From: an uncultured Microbacteriaceae bacterium
Lineage (GTDB): Bacteria; Actinomycetota; Actinomycetes; Actinomycetales; Microbacteriaceae
DNA: 64,000 nucleotides
Direction: 5' to 3'
NCBI GenBank assembly: GCA_937920245.1
Contig: CALGUV010000149.1
Location: forward strand, 14,033-78,032
This document shows, one piece after another, positions 19,882-28,798 of this stretch. How positions within the stretch are numbered: position 1 is the stretch's first letter; every line of letters starts with the position of its first letter. Made by a program: the position numbers and the translations under genes. The notes under the pieces were generated by a model that made no database searches, was not told where the DNA came from, and saw nothing but the letters and a program-made list of their open reading frames with translations.

Positions 19882-22800
19882 GAGGCCCGTTTCTCCCATT
19901 GCTGCCATAACTGGCGAAGGTCCCAAGCGTTTTCGGCGAGTATTGACACCCCTCGAACTCCGGTGCGGCGAGTTTTTCCAGATATTAGAAGCAACTTATT
20001 TTGAAATAACAACTGGCTGCATCGACGTTGTGCCTCATCAAAGAACGTTGCATCTGCAATCCCGGATCCATCGTCCAGGCTAATAAATACGACCCTCTTA
20101 CCGCTGCGCATAGGGGGAGTTTGGGTTGCAATTCTGACTCCGGCAACCAGAACCTCGGTGTTGCTCCTCAGTGAGCCAACTTCACTTGCTCGCACAACTC
20201 CCATTTCTTCTAGCATCTGCTGGAACTTTTGAATCTGGTGTTCGGAGATGTCCATCCCGGTAACAGCCATTTCGGCTGCAAGTTTCTGTTGCCTGGTGGG
20301 TGGAGTGTTCCCCACTGGAAGTTGATCAAGGTTTGTCAGGTCAAATGCCAACTGATTTTTATCAATTTTTGGTGCGGCTTTTGAGCTGATCTGTCTAATC
20401 TTTACCAGTAGATCACTTCGGTTGTGGATTGATTCTTCATTCGATACTCCGGCTATTGTGTCCAGCGCGCCCACTAGTGCAAGGCGCTCTAGGGTTCGCC
20501 TCGAAGGCCTGGCCCTTAGATAAAAGTCAGTCACATCTGTGTAGGGCTGCTCACAAATTATTCGATCCATCTCAGGCTTTGAGATACCCGAAATTTCACC
20601 GAGCGAGACCCTCACTCCAAGCTCTTTGCCACTTTTCTGGACAACGTATTGACTGGTTGAATAATTTACGTCAATGCCAAGAAGTCGAACTCCCAATCTT
20701 CTAGCTTCTGCGAGCAGCAATCTTCTCGGGTACATTCCAGGGTCGTGGGTTAGCAGCCCCGCTATGAACTCGGTGGGGTAGTGAGTTTTTAGCCACGCTG
20801 AATGATACGTGGGGACTGCAAATGCAGCACCGTGTGCCTTGCAGAAGCCAAAGCTTCCAAAACCTTCGAGGATTGACCACACACGATCCACTACGGCTGG
20901 AGTGTAATCTCTGGCCGCGGCTGATTTTTTGAAGTAGCGCTCTACTATACGAGCCTTATCTGGCTTACCCAGCTGTCGACGCATTTCATCGGCCCTGGCT
21001 AGAGAGCAACCCGTCATCACCTGCATTATGCGCATTAGTTGCTCATGAAAGACCACCACTCCGTAGCTTTCTTTGAGGATGTCATGAAGATCTGGATGCA
21101 TGTAGTCCGGCTGGATAAAGCCGTGCCTGCCATCGAGGTAGGGCTTAATCATGTTGCCCTTCATTGGCCCCGGTCTAAAAAGTGAAATCTGCATCGTGAG
21201 GTCATTGAACTTGGTTGGTTGGTGCTTGCCGGTGAGCTCTCTTTGACCTGGGCTTTCGATTTGGAACAATCCCAGGGTGTTGGTGGTCCTGATCATCTTG
21301 TAGACGGTTGGGTCGTCTCTTGCGACCTTGTCTAAATCAAGGTCCACATTTTTGACTCTTTTAATCTCTTTGATTGTGTAGGCCATTGCGCTTTGCATTC
21401 GAACGCCGAGTACATCGAGCTTTAGAAAGCCCATGGGGTCCATGTCGTCTTTATCAAACTGGCTCATCGGTAAGCCCATCCCGCTCGGTTCGGTTGGGGT
21501 TAGGTCAAGCAGTCTTGAGTTTCCCAAAATCACACCGCATGGGTGCATGGAAATGTGTCTAGGCAACCTGTCTAGTCGCTGGGTTATATCAACCAGCAGG
21601 TTTAGCTTGCGGTCAGATTCGGTGAGCTTGGAAAAGTCTGCAAGCTCGGGCTTATTCGACATTTCTGATCGAAAGTTTTTTGCCGAAAACCGCCACATGT
21701 TCTTGGCAATCTCGTCTACCTGCTGGTCGTCTAATCCAAGCGCCATTCCGCCGTCTCTGACAGCACCTCTGCCTCGGTAGGTGGACTGCATTGAAAGTAG
21801 GGTCACTCGTTTACCGCCGTAGCGCCGAAAGATTGCGCGATAAATCTCGTGTCGCCTAGCAGATTCAACATCAATGTCTATGTCTGGCAAGGTGCTGCGC
21901 TCTGTCGAAAGAAATCTTTCGAATAGCAGGCCTTCTTCTATCGGGTCAACGCTGCTTATGCCAAGCAAGTAATTGATCAAAGAGCCAGCGCCGGAACCTC
22001 TCGCCGCAATTCTTATGCGCATGTCTCTAATCATCTGAGCCACATCGGCAACCGTTAGAAAGTAGGTTGCAAACCCAAGCTTGTTTACCGCTATCAGCTC
22101 CTTGGAGAGTCGATGTTGAATGGTTGCGAGTTCGGCTGCCTTGATTCCTGGGTAGCGCAAGCTAATTGCAGCATGACTTCTTTGCCAGAGAACTTCGAAG
22201 GGGTTTTCTGTCACTCCAAGCGAAGATTGCTCTGGAGTCTTTGGTTGGTTCCAGCCACAATCGTCAGTTGGATCTAGAGAACATTTTTGGGCTAGAAGTT
22301 CTGTTGTTCTCAGAAGCGCTACTGACTCGGTGGTGTCTTCAGTTATCTCCAGAGCCAGTGTTGCCATCTGATGAGATGGCTTTAGCCAGGCCTGAGCGTT
22401 TGGCTGTGGGGTAAATAGACCTAGAGGCTCTAGGTATCTTGCGGAATCTAAAACATCTGCGGTTAGCGCACCATCCGGTTCTATGTAGCGAACGGCGTTG
22501 GTTATTACCGGAGGAATGCCAACTGTTTTTGCTAGATCAAGCATTGCCTTTGCGTGCTGCGCGGAACCTAATTTACCGGGCTCAGTCATGTGATTCACCA
22601 CTTCGATGGCAAGTGCAGCCGGGGCTGGAAAATACTCTCGCCACATCGTTGCTAGCTCACGCGCAGTGACTCTGGAGGTGAGTGCAGCATCAGCCAATGA
22701 GCTTTCAAGGCCAATCAGTATCGTGCAAAAAGTCTCTTCCTTGAAAAAGCCAGCAAGATCGCCAATTTTTATCGAGACATCTTTTTTCCCACTTTTTCTC

Positions 22801-23108
22801 TCCTGCGCCTTAGAGATAATGCGACATAGAGTTGCCCAACCCTTACCTGAGTTGTTTCCGTGAGCAAGAATCAGAACGCGCCCCAGCGACTTATCTGCAG
22901 TCACTTCTAGGCTGACGCCCACAATCGGAGCTATGCCAGTAGATATACATGCCCCTATGTGCTTTATTGCCCCGTAGAGGCCATCTCGATCGGTTATTGC
23001 TAAAGATTCACAGCCCATCGAGCTTGCAGCCGCACAAAGCTGCTCAGGTCTGTTTACGCCATAGTGGGCAGAGAAGGCGGAGCTGACGTTTAGGTGAGTA
23101 AAGCTCAT
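19878..23108 (-). CDS. dnaE2: Error-prone C-family DNA polymerase DnaE2
   Basis: Degenerate PHP domain (HLNVSSAFS), RGSGAGS, LPDIDIDVE, HISMHPCG, FGFCKAH and a C-terminal OB fold; SOS box upstream. Confidence 0.9.
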   Translation of the reverse strand: MSFTHLNVSSAFSAHYGVNRPEQLCAAASSMGCESLAITDRDGLYGAIKHIGACISTGIAPIVGVSLEVTADKSLGRVLILAHGNNSGKGWATLCRIISKAQERKSGKKDVSIKIGDLAGFFKEETFCTILIGLESSLADAALTSRVTARELATMWREYFPAPAALAIEVVNHMTEPGKLGSAQHAKAMLDLAKTVGIPPVITNAVRYIEPDGALTADVLDSARYLEPLGLFTPQPNAQAWLKPSHQMATLALEITEDTTESVALLRTTELLAQKCSLDPTDDCGWNQPKTPEQSSLGVTENPFEVLWQRSHAAISLRYPGIKAAELATIQHRLSKELIAVNKLGFATYFLTVADVAQMIRDMRIRIAARGSGAGSLINYLLGISSVDPIEEGLLFERFLSTERSTLPDIDIDVESARRHEIYRAIFRRYGGKRVTLLSMQSTYRGRGAVRDGGMALGLDDQQVDEIAKNMWRFSAKNFRSEMSNKPELADFSKLTESDRKLNLLVDITQRLDRLPRHISMHPCGVILGNSRLLDLTPTEPSGMGLPMSQFDKDDMDPMGFLKLDVLGVRMQSAMAYTIKEIKRVKNVDLDLDKVARDDPTVYKMIRTTNTLGLFQIESPGQRELTGKHQPTKFNDLTMQISLFRPGPMKGNMIKPYLDGRHGFIQPDYMHPDLHDILKESYGVVVFHEQLMRIMQVMTGCSLARADEMRRQLGKPDKARIVERYFKKSAAARDYTPAVVDRVWSILEGFGSFGFCKAHGAAFAVPTYHSAWLKTHYPTEFIAGLLTHDPGMYPRRLLLAEARRLGVRLLGIDVNYSTSQYVVQKSGKELGVRVSLGEISGISKPEMDRIICEQPYTDVTDFYLRARPSRRTLERLALVGALDTIAGVSNEESIHNRSDLLVKIRQISSKAAPKIDKNQLAFDLTNLDQLPVGNTPPTRQQKLAAEMAVTGMDISEHQIQKFQQMLEEMGVVRASEVGSLRSNTEVLVAGVRIATQTPPMRSGKRVVFISLDDGSGIADATFFDEAQRRCSQLLFQNKLLLISGKTRRTGVRGVSILAENAWDLRQLWQQWEKRAS

Positions 23109-23393
23109 TTAGGGCGTGGCTTGCTCAATTTGCCAGTTGTCACCGGGCATTTGGTGCCTTAGCTGGAAAAAGTATCTATTTTCAGGGCTTGCTGCCCACA
23201 AGCGCCACATTTCTGTCTCAACCAGGTTTTGACCCTGACCGGGGTGGGCCTGACCTGCATGTTGCCACCAGAGTGACCTGGAGTACCAACGAACCGGCCG
23301 AGATGTGGTCAAAAAGACAGCATCGCGCCAGGTAAAGCAGGCCGGAGCACCGTCAGCATCAAGTACGACACCGGTGACTAATTCTGTTTCCAA
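23109..23393 (-). CDS. Small DUF6504 / ImuB C-terminus-like protein
   Basis: 94 aa abutting dnaE2 (0-bp gap), GAAGGGG SD, Trp-rich pattern LDADGAP...RW...WW...W.L...WQIE. Confidence 0.7.
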   Translation of the reverse strand: METELVTGVVLDADGAPACFTWRDAVFLTTSRPVRWYSRSLWWQHAGQAHPGQGQNLVETEMWRLWAASPENRYFFQLRHQMPGDNWQIEQATP

Positions 23394-23415
23394 AGCTAGC
23401 GCCCCTTCTAACTAT

Positions 23416-23431
23416 TCGAACACTTGTTCGA
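23416..23431. promoter_or_regulatory. LexA (SOS) box TCGAAC-N4-GTTCGA
   Basis: TCGAAC-ACTT-GTTCGA matches the actinobacterial consensus and lies 22 bp upstream of the small gene-dnaE2 operon. Confidence 0.92.
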
Positions 23432-23561
23432 ATAGTTAGAAGTGTAAGTCTTAGCTGAGACATTTACAAAATTCCTTGGAAACTATGGCTCAGTTTTTTG
23501 TTTTTGCCAATCCTCGACAAGGGTAACTACCCTGAGGCCTGGATCTAGTTTTTAGTTTTTA

Positions 23562-24356
23562 CTAGGCGATCGAAAGGTCGTCGCTTTGGGACGAGTTGGT
23601 GAGAAGAGCTAAGCGTTTGCGAAATGAGCTGAGCCTATTTAGGTTCGAGAGCGGAATGTTTTGCCAATGAGTTACGCCTCTGATTCCTTGCAGTGCTGAA
23701 AGGCTCCAAACTTCGCAGCCTGCTAGGTCCTCAGGCCGAGAGTTCACGAAGGCAGTTTCAAATCCTGCCTGATTTGCCATCTCGAAAACGAGTTCTCTGG
23801 TGATTGATGGGAGCCAGTCAGTTGAGTCATCAGGTCCGCAAAGCACGTCGTCACGCCACCAAACGATCGACGATAGCGCTCCGTCCGCAACATTCCCGTG
23901 GGCATCTAAAATCACCGCTTCGTCGGCGCCGTGGAGGTTGGCTTTTCTTCTAAGTTTTTGGCACACCGACAGATCCGGTCCTTTGACTTGATAGTCAACC
24001 CGAGGATCCGGCTCGTCTAATGACCATAGAGAACAGGTAAGGGTCCTAACCGGTGCCTGGCGGAGTCGGAAAAATAGCTGTTCACCAGGGTTTTGTTCCT
24101 TGCGGAATTCGATTCTTGGAAACCATTCGCCTTCCGCCGGAATTGCGGACACGACGGCGTCAAAAAAGCCACTCAGGTCCTGCTGCTGTATTTTGGTAAC
24201 CGAACCAGAAAACCTCGCAAAGTGCCGATCTATAACTCGGGTTGAACCGTTGGAAACCAGCCAACTGTCCGCCACGCTAAGAGTGGTTGGGATGGCATGG
24301 TCAATCGGATTCAACTCACCGCCGGTGAATTGAAAGAAATCTCCAGATACGCTCAT
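23562..24356 (-). CDS. pabC: Class IV aminotransferase, probable 4-amino-4-deoxychorismate lyase
   Basis: PLP Lys region DYQVKG, GADEAVILD and WLPSITR; divergent from pabB. Start placed at ATG 24356 (inference). Confidence 0.75.
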   Translation of the reverse strand: MSVSGDFFQFTGGELNPIDHAIPTTLSVADSWLVSNGSTRVIDRHFARFSGSVTKIQQQDLSGFFDAVVSAIPAEGEWFPRIEFRKEQNPGEQLFFRLRQAPVRTLTCSLWSLDEPDPRVDYQVKGPDLSVCQKLRRKANLHGADEAVILDAHGNVADGALSSIVWWRDDVLCGPDDSTDWLPSITRELVFEMANQAGFETAFVNSRPEDLAGCEVWSLSALQGIRGVTHWQNIPLSNLNRLSSFRKRLALLTNSSQSDDLSIA

Positions 24357-24389
24357 CTTGTCTAGAATACGGGTCTGGAAAAGGATTAG

Positions 24390-25667
24390 ATGCCACTTTA
24401 TTATGAACGCATAGCCGGGTGGAGCCCCGTGGCTGATACTTTTGTGGCTTTTTTCGGGAGTAAACCAAACTCGTTTTGGTTGGACCGGGAACATCACCAT
24501 GACGCTCGATTTTCGATAATTGGCTCCGGACCAAAGACTGCCCAGTTGCCGAAGTATGCCAAAGACGAGCAAAATCACAACCTGCCGTTTGGTTTTCGCC
24601 CTGGCTTCGTAGGCGTCATTGAATACGAACTACCCGAAAAGGGGCCACTGGTTGTCTCGGGCATTGAGGTGGACAGGGCTTTTGTCTACGATCATGACAA
24701 TCGGGCCATGTTTTTTGTTGGCGAGTTTGTTGATAGGGCGTCTTTTGCCGATTGGTTCCACGCCGCTTTGTTGCGATTGGCTCTAGCTGGGGGAGATGCG
24801 GCCAACTACGCGCTCAGTCACGACGCTGCAACAGCCGCCAGCTTTGAAGTCAAGGACACCAAGAATGACTACCTTGCAAACATCGAAAAGGCTAAAGATC
24901 AAATCACCAAAGGCGAGATCTACCAGCTGTGTCTGACAACTGAATTGTCAGCGGATTATGTTGGAGACCCACTAGCGCTGTTTCTTCGCCTTAGAAAAGA
25001 TCACGGTGCTCCCTACTGCAGCTATCTAAAAGTTGATGGTGTTAGTTACTTGAGCATTTCGCCTGAACGGTTCTTGACAGTTTCTGGCGTGAGGGTTACC
25101 AGTTCGCCCATCAAGGGCACTCGGGCTAGATCGAGTGATCCTGAAATCGATTCGGCCTTGCAGGCTTCGCTTGGGGCCGATGAGAAAGAACGAGCAGAAA
25201 ACCTAATGATTGTTGATCTGATTAGAAATGATCTGTCATCGGTCTGCACGGCCCAATCAATCACAGTTGAGTCGCTATTGGCGCTGCGGTCATATTCGAC
25301 CGTTCATCAACTTGAATCTGATGTTGCAGGAGAGCTCGCGGATACTAAGACTGGCTTTGATGCCCTTAGCGCTTTGTTTCCGGGCGGCTCGATGACCGGT
25401 GCGCCAAAAATTAGAGCCTGCGCATTGATTGCGGAACTAGAGAATAGGTCCAGGGGGGTTTATTCGGGGGCGATTGGGTGGGTAAGCCCATCGGGCGACA
25501 TGGACCTTGGCATGGTTATTAGAACTGCCATCTTCAAAAATCAAACTGTCAGCATTTCGGTGGGCGGGGGAATCACCTCTGGATCAGACCCCGAAACCGA
25601 GCACGCTGAAATGCAATTGAAGGCACTAGCCCTAGTTCAGGCAATGGGCGCCTCGGTGAATTGGTAA
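24390..25667 (+). CDS. pabB: Aminodeoxychorismate synthase component I (chorismate-binding)
   Basis: GEIYQLCL, SPERFL, SPIKGTR, ENLMIVDLIRND and FPGGSMTGAPK. Confidence 0.85.
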   Translation: MPLYYERIAGWSPVADTFVAFFGSKPNSFWLDREHHHDARFSIIGSGPKTAQLPKYAKDEQNHNLPFGFRPGFVGVIEYELPEKGPLVVSGIEVDRAFVYDHDNRAMFFVGEFVDRASFADWFHAALLRLALAGGDAANYALSHDAATAASFEVKDTKNDYLANIEKAKDQITKGEIYQLCLTTELSADYVGDPLALFLRLRKDHGAPYCSYLKVDGVSYLSISPERFLTVSGVRVTSSPIKGTRARSSDPEIDSALQASLGADEKERAENLMIVDLIRNDLSSVCTAQSITVESLLALRSYSTVHQLESDVAGELADTKTGFDALSALFPGGSMTGAPKIRACALIAELENRSRGVYSGAIGWVSPSGDMDLGMVIRTAIFKNQTVSISVGGGITSGSDPETEHAEMQLKALALVQAMGASVNW

Positions 25668-25698
25668 CCTATAAGCCCGCTAAGCAAAAGGCCACTAA

Positions 25699-28164
25699 TT
25701 GCAAGAAGATTACAACGTCACAGCCATTCAAGATAAGTGGCTGCCGGTTTGGGATGACCTAAAGCCTTTTGACTCGTCCAGAAAAGACGACACTAGACCT
25801 ACTAAGTATGTTTTGGACATGTTCCCATACCCATCCGGTGACTTGCACATGGGCCATGCAGAGGCCTACGCCCTCGGCGATGTTATTGCGCGTTATTGGG
25901 GCCAAAAGGGTTATAACGTTATGCACCCAATTGGATGGGATGCCTTTGGGTTGCCAGCCGAAAACGCAGCGATTAAGCGCGGCCTTGACCCAAGAGCTTG
26001 GACCTACGAAAACATCGCTCAACAAAAAGCATCTATGCGCAGGTATGCCTGCAGCTTTGACTGGGACAGAGTTCTGCAGACTTGTGATCCGAGTTACTAC
26101 CAGTGGAACCAGTGGTTGTTTCTAGAGCTCTACAGCCGCGGTCTTGCCTACCGCAAGAATTCGAACGTGAATTGGTGCCCGAGCTGCCAAACAGTGCTAG
26201 CTAACGAGCAGGTAGTTCAGGGACTTTGCGAGCGCTGTGATTCGGTGGTTACCAAGAAGTCTCTTACTCAGTGGTATTTCAAAGTTACTGACTACGCAGA
26301 TCGCCTTCTTGATGACCTAAGTCAGCTAGAGGGCAAGTGGCCTTCCAAGGTTCTTTCAATGCAGCGCAACTGGATTGGAAGATCTCAGGGTGCAAACATC
26401 GATTTTGCAATCGAAGGCATGAATCAAAAGATTTCGGTGTTCACCACTCGACCTGACACTTTATACGGGGCGACTTTTATGGTTTTGGCAGCTGACAGCG
26501 AGCTAGCCCAAGAGCTTGCCAGTGCCGCAGCCCCAGAGATTCGTGAGCAGTTCAATAACTACCTCGAGGAAGTCAAGAAGGCTAACGACATCGAGCGTTT
26601 GGCTACCGACCGAAAGAAAACCGGCGTGTTCTTGGGGCACTATGCGCTAAACCCAATAAACGACGAACGAATCCCAGTCTGGGTTTCCGATTATGTTTTG
26701 GCTGATTATGGAACCGGCGCAATCATGGCGGTTCCCGCCCATGATGATCGTGACATTGAATTCGCAAAAACCTTTGACTTGCCAGTATTCATGGTTGTCG
26801 ACACCGGCGAAGAGGACCCAGCAGTTTCTGGAATTGCAACCAGCGGCGACGGTGTCATCGTGAACTCTGGAGAACTGAACGGTCTAAGTAAGTCAGATGC
26901 AATCTCCAAGGCCATCGAGCTAGTTGAAGTAAAGGGCACCGGTAAGGGTGCGAAGAACTTCAGGCTCAGAGACTGGTTGATTTCCAGGCAACGCTACTGG
27001 GGAACTCCAATCCCAATCATTCACTGCGACAAGTGCGGGGAAGTCCCAGTACCTGCCGAACAACTGCCGGTTGAGTTGCCGGCAAGCGAAGGCCTAGATC
27101 TTTCACCTAAGGGGACTTCACCTCTCGGCGCTGCCTCGGACTGGCTAAATGTCAATTGTCCAAAATGTGGCGGCAAGGCCAAACGAGACTCTGACACCAT
27201 GGACACCTTTGTTGATAGCTCCTGGTATTTTTTGAGGTTCCTAAACCCAAATTCTGATGAAGTCCCATTCGAAAAGGCGCAAGCCGAGAAGTGGGCACCG
27301 GTTGACCAGTACGTCGGCGGAGTGACTCACGCCATCTTGCACTTGCTCTATGCGAGATTCTTCACCAAGGTGCTTCACGACATTGGGATGGTTGATTTCG
27401 AGGAGCCCTTTACCAGGTTGCTGAACCAGGGCATGGTCTTGATGAACGGTTCCGCGATGAGCAAGTCCAGGGGGAACCTAGTTCGACTCAGCGAACAGCT
27501 GGACATTCACGGGGTGGATGCAATTCGACTAACTATGGCTTTCGCGGGACCACCGGAGGATGACATCGACTGGTCTGATGTTTCACCGGCTGCGTCGGCT
27601 AAGTTTTTGGCACGCGCTTGGCGCATTGCCCAAGATGTTTCTAGCAAGCCAGAATCGAATTTTGCTTCTGGAGACAAAGGGGTCCGAAAGGCAACCCATC
27701 AATTCTTGGCTGGATTCAAAGAGGCAATTGAGAGCCATAAATTCAACGTTGGCGTTGCCAAGGCCATGGAGCTTACAAACCACCTGCGTAAGGCAATCGA
27801 TCAAGGTGTTGGCCCAGCCGACATTGCTGTCAGAGAGGGCGCCGAGGAGCTAGCTAAGGCACTAAGCCTGTTTGCTCCCTACACCGCAGAAGACATGTGG
27901 CAGCTGCTCGGTCATGAGCCGACAGTCGCGTTAGCTCAATTCGCAGAAGTTGAGAATGATCTGCTTGTCGAGCAAAAGGGCACCGCAATCGTTCAGATTG
28001 ACGGCAAGCTGCGAGACAAGTTTGAAGTGGATGTTTCTATCTCAGAAGATGAGCTACGAGAGCTCGCGCTAAGTTCCGAGCTAGTGAAAAAGGCACTTCA
28101 GGGCAAAGAAACTTTGAACATAATCATTAGGGCTCCAAAACTTGTGAACATAGCAACCAAGTAG
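25699..28164 (+). CDS. leuS: Leucine--tRNA ligase
   Basis: [37 protein letters not shown] and AMSKS. Confidence 0.97.
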   Translation: MQEDYNVTAIQDKWLPVWDDLKPFDSSRKDDTRPTKYVLDMFPYPSGDLHMGHAEAYALGDVIARYWGQKGYNVMHPIGWDAFGLPAENAAIKRGLDPRAWTYENIAQQKASMRRYACSFDWDRVLQTCDPSYYQWNQWLFLELYSRGLAYRKNSNVNWCPSCQTVLANEQVVQGLCERCDSVVTKKSLTQWYFKVTDYADRLLDDLSQLEGKWPSKVLSMQRNWIGRSQGANIDFAIEGMNQKISVFTTRPDTLYGATFMVLAADSELAQELASAAAPEIREQFNNYLEEVKKANDIERLATDRKKTGVFLGHYALNPINDERIPVWVSDYVLADYGTGAIMAVPAHDDRDIEFAKTFDLPVFMVVDTGEEDPAVSGIATSGDGVIVNSGELNGLSKSDAISKAIELVEVKGTGKGAKNFRLRDWLISRQRYWGTPIPIIHCDKCGEVPVPAEQLPVELPASEGLDLSPKGTSPLGAASDWLNVNCPKCGGKAKRDSDTMDTFVDSSWYFLRFLNPNSDEVPFEKAQAEKWAPVDQYVGGVTHAILHLLYARFFTKVLHDIGMVDFEEPFTRLLNQGMVLMNGSAMSKSRGNLVRLSEQLDIHGVDAIRLTMAFAGPPEDDIDWSDVSPAASAKFLARAWRIAQDVSSKPESNFASGDKGVRKATHQFLAGFKEAIESHKFNVGVAKAMELTNHLRKAIDQGVGPADIAVREGAEELAKALSLFAPYTAEDMWQLLGHEPTVALAQFAEVENDLLVEQKGTAIVQIDGKLRDKFEVDVSISEDELRELALSSELVKKALQGKETLNIIIRAPKLVNIATK

Positions 28165-28228
28165 CGGTTTCTCGACAAAGTTTTTCAGCGACCAGTAGCA
28201 CATTTGATATTTAGAGCATCTTGTTTGG

Positions 28229-28798
28229 ATGCAGAAAATACTTCAATGGCTAAACGCTCTGGATTCTAAAAAACGCAAGCAGTTGTATCTTGCTGGCGGC
28301 CTCGTTGCGATCTTGCTTGGAGTTCTACTTTCGAATTCCAGCGCACCTAAAGTGCAAGATGCGATTGTCCAACAAAGTGAAAACTTTACGGTTTCTGGTG
28401 AAGTATATATTCACGTTGTTGGCGAAGTAGTTGAGCCTGGCCTATACGAGCTTTCCTACGGGTCTAGGGTTCGAGACGTTATCGATGCTGCCGGGGGCTT
28501 TACCGACTCGGCTGTTCAGTCAAGCGTCAACTTAGCTCGCCTAGTCTCAGATGGCGAGCAAGTGGTGATCCTGGCGGAGTCCCAAATGGCAACTGACTCA
28601 AGCCTGGGATTTATTTCCCTAAATAGAGCCTCAAGCTCGCAGTTAGAGTCGCTTCCGGGCATTGGACCGGCATTAGCCGGTCGGATTTTGGCATACCGGG
28701 ACGAAATTGGTTCGTTTGCCAGTATCGAACAACTCCTGGAAGTGACCGGCATTGGTAGCAAATTATTTGAAGAGATAAAAGGCTCCATAACTTTGTGA
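28229..28798 (+). CDS. comEA: ComEA family DNA-binding/uptake protein
   Basis: N-terminal TM, SLBB region (HVVGEVVEPGLY) and HhH motifs (LPGIGP, VTGIG). Confidence 0.9.
   Translation: MQKILQWLNALDSKKRKQLYLAGGLVAILLGVLLSNSSAPKVQDAIVQQSENFTVSGEVYIHVVGEVVEPGLYELSYGSRVRDVIDAAGGFTDSAVQSSVNLARLVSDGEQVVILAESQMATDSSLGFISLNRASSSQLESLPGIGPALAGRILAYRDEIGSFASIEQLLEVTGIGSKLFEEIKGSITL

Noticed and set aside
23520-23533. AGGGTA-ac-TACCCT inverted repeat
   Set aside because: Only 6-bp arms; expected by chance at this scale.
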